Shown: piece after piece, positions 60,112-64,000 of the stretch
Layout of the letters: every line of letters begins with the position of its first letter
How positions within the stretch are numbered: position 1 is the first letter of the stretch
Assembly: GCA_964409385.1 (NCBI GenBank)
Contig: CAYPCY010000002.1
Coordinates: 79,941 to 143,940, forward strand
Source: an uncultured Methanosarcinales archaeon
Lineage (GTDB): Archaea > Nanobdellota > Nanobdellia > Woesearchaeales > CAYPCY01
Reading direction: 5' to 3'
Length of the DNA stretch: 64,000 nt
Translations under genes and position numbers: made by a program
The notes under the pieces: model-generated
Told to the model about the DNA's origin: nothing
What the model saw: the letters and a program-made list of their open reading frames with translations, nothing else
The model's database searches: none

Positions 60112-60112
60112 A

Positions 60113-60418
60113 ATGAAATGTCCATATTGCAACGGAATAATGAAAAAGTCAAGTGATAAAATTAAAGAAGATAATATTATTTTTGAAATTCATAAATGTG
60201 AAGAATGCAAAGAAGAAATTTTAGATATGAACCAATTAAAAAAACTAGCAAAAAAATATAGAACTTTAAAATTAGCTAGAGAAGTTACTTTTTCACAATG
60301 GGGAAATTCGCTTGCAGTTAGAGTTTCTAAACAATTAACTAATGATCTTAATATAAAACAAGGTGATAAGGGAATTATATACAAGGAAGGAGAAAGTTTG
60401 AAAATAATTAAAGCTTGA
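60113..60418 (+). CDS. Zinc-ribbon (YgiT/MqsA-like) plus AbrB/MazE-domain antitoxin
   Basis: CPYC...CEECKEE; QWGNSLAVRV. Confidence 0.82.
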   Translation: MKCPYCNGIMKKSSDKIKEDNIIFEIHKCEECKEEILDMNQLKKLAKKYRTLKLAREVTFSQWGNSLAVRVSKQLTNDLNIKQGDKGIIYKEGESLKIIKA

Positions 60419-60458
60419 AGAAGTAAGTTTTATATACTATCCAACAACAATAATTCTT

Positions 60459-60911
60459 ATGAGAAAAGTAAGTACTGACATTCCATTGAGTGAGATTACT
60501 TTGAGAAAGTATGAACCTCCTTCAAATCTTGAAGAGAGAGAACTAATAAAAAAATTATGTTTGTCTATTGGTTTATTACAACCTGGAGATTCCAGAGATG
60601 TAATTGTAGACATTTTGCACGTTCTAATTTCTTCTAAGGAATTAACAACTAAGGAGATTGAAAGATTAACTATTGAGAATCGAGAAAAGTATAATTTGCC
60701 TATTTTAGGAGTTGCACCTTCTAATGTTAGAAGGCAATTATTAAGACTGAAGGATTCTTTCCTGATTGAAAAATTCAATAACCAATATCGTTTTAGGGAA
60801 AACCAATCCTTAGATGAAATATTCAATGAACATATTGAACAGTATTTCTTAAAATCAATAATTTCTAGAGTGAAAGAGCATGTTTCTGAAGTTGAAAAGT
60901 TAAGAAAATGA
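60459..60911 (+). CDS. Conserved archaeal winged-helix-like protein
   Basis: EITLRKYE, GLLQPGDSRD, SNVRRQL. Confidence 0.7.
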   Translation: MRKVSTDIPLSEITLRKYEPPSNLEERELIKKLCLSIGLLQPGDSRDVIVDILHVLISSKELTTKEIERLTIENREKYNLPILGVAPSNVRRQLLRLKDSFLIEKFNNQYRFRENQSLDEIFNEHIEQYFLKSIISRVKEHVSEVEKLRK

Positions 60912-61948
60912 TGTACGAACCTTGTGAAGATTCTTTCCTTCTTCAAAAGTCAGTAAGGAAATATTCCGGAAGTAAAGCTTTAGACATGGGTACTGGTTCT
61001 GGAATTATTGCAAAAACTTTGGACAAGCATTTTAAGAGGGTTGTTGGTGTTGATATTAATCCTGAAGCCATTAAATATTGTAAAAGTAAATACGAAGGTA
61101 TAACTTTCAAAAATTCTAATTTATTCTCTAATGTTATTGGAAAGTTTGATTTAATAAGTTTTAATGCTCCCTACCTGCCTAATGACCCTAGAGTTAAAGA
61201 TATTGCTTTAGATGGTGGTAAGAAAGGTAATGAGTTAATAATCAAATTCTTAAAAAAAGCAATTCATTTTCTTAAGAATGATGGAAAAATAATTTTGTTA
61301 TTTAGTTCATTATCTCATCCAAGAAATATTTTTGAAACAGCAGATAATCTTTTTCTAAAATATAAATTATTAAATTCTGAAAAGTTAGATTTTGAAGAAT
61401 TATTTGTTTACGAGTTTTCATCAAAGATTATTGGGAAGGGAAAGAGAGGATTAGTTTATCAAGAAGGAGATTATGCTGTTAAAATAATTAATTCTAAAAC
61501 AGACACTTTAAAATTTGAAGCGGACATTCTAAAAAAAATTAATAAGAAAGGAATAGGTCCCAAATTATATTCTTTCAAGAATAATAAGTTAAAGATCGAA
61601 TTAGTAAAAGGAGAAAGAATTTTAGATTTCTTAAAGAATGCCACTAAACAAAAGAAAGTAAAGATGTTAAAAGAAGTTTTTAGGCAATTGAGAATTCTTG
61701 ACTTAATGAATATTAACAAGTCTGAAATGAAAAATCCTTACAAGCATATTATAATTGGTAAAATGCCTGTATTGATAGATTTTGAAAGGGCTCGTTATTC
61801 AGAAAATCCGCAAAATATTACTCAATTCTGTAGTTTTTTAGAAAATAACAAAATAGTTTCCTTCAAGGATCTTCCAAAAAACTACAAGAAAAATCCGTCT
61901 GAAGAAAACTTTAAAAAATTAGAATTTTCTCTTCTTGCTACTGATTAA
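60908..61948 (+). CDS. HemK2/PrmC-like methyltransferase fused to an archaeal Ser/Thr kinase-like domain
   Basis: YEP.EDS, DMGTGSG, FNAPY; GKGKRGLVY, AVK, IDFE. Confidence 0.85.
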   Translation: MMYEPCEDSFLLQKSVRKYSGSKALDMGTGSGIIAKTLDKHFKRVVGVDINPEAIKYCKSKYEGITFKNSNLFSNVIGKFDLISFNAPYLPNDPRVKDIALDGGKKGNELIIKFLKKAIHFLKNDGKIILLFSSLSHPRNIFETADNLFLKYKLLNSEKLDFEELFVYEFSSKIIGKGKRGLVYQEGDYAVKIINSKTDTLKFEADILKKINKKGIGPKLYSFKNNKLKIELVKGERILDFLKNATKQKKVKMLKEVFRQLRILDLMNINKSEMKNPYKHIIIGKMPVLIDFERARYSENPQNITQFCSFLENNKIVSFKDLPKNYKKNPSEENFKKLEFSLLATD

Positions 61949-62845
61949 TTCTTCTTCCAAAGATAATTCTATTAACAGTTCTTTATACCTGTTTCTTATG
62001 GTGACTTCTGTAACTCCTGCAACATCAGCGACTTCTCTTTGCGTTCTTTTTTCTCCATTGATTAATGCTGCAACATATAATGAAGCTGCAGCAATTCCTG
62101 TAGGTCCTCTTCCTGAAGTTAATTCTGCTTCTTGACAGAGTTCAATAATCTCTATTGATTTTGATTGGGTTTCAGGACTTAATTCTAGGCTTGAAGAGAA
62201 TCTTGGAATGTAATCTACTGGATTACTAGGTAGTACTGTAACTTGTAATTCCCTAGTTATGAACCTGTAGGTTCTTCCAATTTCTTTCTTTTCAATACCT
62301 GAAACTTCTCCCAATTCATCTAATGTTCTTGGAATATCATGTCTTCTACAAGCAGCGTATAAGGAGCCTGTAACTACTGATTCCATACTTCTTCCCCTAA
62401 CTAGGCCTTTCTGTACTGCCATAGTGTAAATCCTTGCTGCTTCTTCCTCTACTGATTTAGGAAGTTTTAGGCAGGATGATATTCTTTTTAATTCTGCAAG
62501 TGCTAATTTCAAGTTTCTTTCTATAGCTGTTGATATTCTGTACTGCCACTTTCTTAATCTGAAGAATTTGTTTTTGTCTTTTCCTCTAAGTCCGTAAAGG
62601 TCTGCTTTTCTTCCAACTTCAGTTCCTAGTCCTTGGTCGTATTGTGTGTAGCTCATTGGAGCTCCAGTTCTTCTTCTTTTATCTGCAGTTTCCGAATCGA
62701 AACCTCTGAATCTATCGTCAGAATCAACCATTTTATCTTCAAGAACTAATCCGCATTCTTTACAGATAACTTCGCCACGTTCATTATTCCAAGAAAGATC
62801 TTCGCCCTTACATTCAGGACACTGCTTTAACATAGTCTGATACAT
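61919..62845 (-). CDS. tfb: Transcription initiation factor IIB
   Basis: CPEC...CKECG ribbon, GLVRGRS, GRGP.G, TEVTIRNRYKEL; SD GGGGTG. Confidence 0.97.
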   Translation of the reverse strand: MYQTMLKQCPECKGEDLSWNNERGEVICKECGLVLEDKMVDSDDRFRGFDSETADKRRRTGAPMSYTQYDQGLGTEVGRKADLYGLRGKDKNKFFRLRKWQYRISTAIERNLKLALAELKRISSCLKLPKSVEEEAARIYTMAVQKGLVRGRSMESVVTGSLYAACRRHDIPRTLDELGEVSGIEKKEIGRTYRFITRELQVTVLPSNPVDYIPRFSSSLELSPETQSKSIEIIELCQEAELTSGRGPTGIAAASLYVAALINGEKRTQREVADVAGVTEVTIRNRYKELLIELSLEEELISSKKRKF

Positions 62846-63052
62846 AATAACACCCCGTAACCTCACTTATATTGTGTACAATAACAATATTTATAAAGAA
62901 AAAGTAGAACTAATATTTAAGACTTTCTATTTTTTTGTGTGTTTTAAGTTCAATATTAAAAAATCAAACACTATTCGTAGTGTTGACAATAATTCTCACT
63001 TATTTGTTAAAATTAGCAAAAGTTTTTAATAAGCTTTTTGTTTTTGAAAAAA

Positions 63053-63142
63053 CATGCCACGATCGCATACTTAACACTTGACGTGTTGGTCGCGATAGTA
63101 GCATTTCATTCACTTGCGTTCATTTCATGCCACGATCGCATA
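63053..63142 (+). repeat. 17-bp direct repeat of the tRNA-Ser 5' end flanking a 56-bp structured insert
   Basis: CATGCCACGATCGCATA at 63053-63069 and 63126-63142. Confidence 0.9.
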
Positions 63143-63211
63143 ATCTGGTATTGCGCTGGTCTTGAAAACCAGTCCCGTATGGGATTCCCGGTTCAAATCC
63201 GGGTCGTGGCG
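63129..63211 (+). tRNA. tRNA-Ser(TGA)
   Basis: GCCACGA/TCGTGGC acceptor stem, CTGGT-CTTGAAA-ACCAG anticodon arm, long variable arm, G73. Confidence 0.95.
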
Positions 63212-63303
63212 CTCCTTTTCTTTCCGCCCGTCTTGTAAACCCTGTATTTTCTTTTGGCTTTCTTATCAGCTTTGGTTTTTCTTCTTTCTTTAGGATCTTC
63301 CAT
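63193..63303 (-). CDS. Small basic protein (36 aa) overlapping the tRNA-Ser 3' end antisense
   Basis: MEDPKERRKTKADKKAKRKYRVYKTGGKKRSATTRI*; TTTATATA box about 30 nt upstream. Confidence 0.45.
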   Translation of the reverse strand: MEDPKERRKTKADKKAKRKYRVYKTGGKKRSATTRI

Positions 63304-63416
63304 ATTGTTTGTTTCAGGTTTAAATTATATAAATTCTCTCAAAAAACTGCAAAATCTTCACTAATAAGTCATAACATCCAATACTTTTTTAAAATTGTCT
63401 TGTTTTCTATAAGAGA

Positions 63417-64000
63417 ATGGCCAGAAAACAGCGTAGAGTTCTTAAAACTAGTAAGAAAGAAAGAAAGAGTTTTAACAGGTTAAAGAATGAATTAATTTTT
63501 AATGAAAGAAAATTATTCAATAGTAAAATCTTTAATTTATTGAGTTTTCAAGATTCTAAGCAGAATCAACCTGAAGACTTGGATGAAAAACTTGAAGATT
63601 CCGAATTAATAATGTCTGGTCTTTCTCCTAGTTATAGGTATAAAATTGATTTGTCTGAATTCAGTTTTTTAATAACGGGGAATAAAGGTAGGAATTATGG
63701 TAAGAACAAACAAGAATTGTTAAGAAATGCAATTAAGCTTGGTTTAAAATATCATAATGATTCTTTAAGGAAGGGTAGGAGATTCTATTATTTTGTGCAT
63801 CCAATTCAAGTTGCAAGACATATTTCAAGATTAAACCTTGGGTTTACAACTACTGTTGCAGGGATTATTCATGATGTCCCTGAAGATATTTATGCTCAAA
63901 ATCCTAAAAGAAGAATTTCGCTTGGCAAGATTATGGATGGAATAAAGAGTGATTTAAATCCAAACAGGAATAATAATATTACTGATTATGTTAATGAAAT
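63417..64000 (+). CDS. RelA/SpoT-type HD-domain protein (runs off window end; absent from ORF track)
   Basis: Manual translation: ...KYHNDSLRKGRRFYYFVHPIQVA...TTTVAGIIHDVPED. Confidence 0.8.
   Translation, partial: MARKQRRVLKTSKKERKSFNRLKNELIFNERKLFNSKIFNLLSFQDSKQNQPEDLDEKLEDSELIMSGLSPSYRYKIDLSEFSFLITGNKGRNYGKNKQELLRNAIKLGLKYHNDSLRKGRRFYYFVHPIQVARHISRLNLGFTTTVAGIIHDVPEDIYAQNPKRRISLGKIMDGIKSDLNPNRNNNITDYVNE

Noticed and set aside
62964..62986. AACACTA-TTCG-TAGTGTT hairpin between tfb and tRNA-Ser
   Set aside because: Single short stem; cannot be tied to the repeat families or to a transcript from sequence alone
63038..63238. 66-aa ORF over the tRNA-Ser locus
   Set aside because: Coincides with the tRNA and its duplicated leader; no protein-like features
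1..64000. Prophage, integrase, transposase, rRNA or cas genes
   Set aside because: No ORF with recognisable motifs for these and no rRNA-like GC-rich stretch seen

Overview
AT-rich, gene-dense 64 kb segment of an archaeal chromosome, most likely a DPANN lineage such as Woesearchaeota. This is inferred from TFB, RpoE1/Spt4/RpoK, GatDE, a class I CCA enzyme, the exosome-proteasome cluster, BHB tRNA introns, mostly leaderless genes about 30 nt behind TTTA(A/T)ATA boxes, and several bacterial-type genes (ThrRS, Lgt, CspA, DEAD-box helicase, RNase HIII). Most content is housekeeping, plus small toxin-antitoxin-like pairs and three tRNAs: Arg-CCT with two BHB introns, iMet-CAT and Ser-TGA. The non-coding signals are the most interesting. 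(1) A promoter-aligned leader peptide MLQTLVASMIII*, followed by a hairpin containing a U7 tract, lies directly upstream of ileS, suggesting Ile-sensing attenuation in an archaeon. (2) A TTCAAAA double-hairpin mini-repeat family occurs inside a tRNA intron, in frame inside the CYTH gene, and in three intergenic spots. (3) Small structured inserts with exact 17-bp tRNA-end duplications flank two tRNAs, and a covarying GA-NC-GNRA/GNA-GN-GA hairpin occurs at all three tRNA loci. (4) A candidate small RNA carries an anti-Shine-Dalgarno sequence. All calls come from reading the sequence by eye; no database searches were run.
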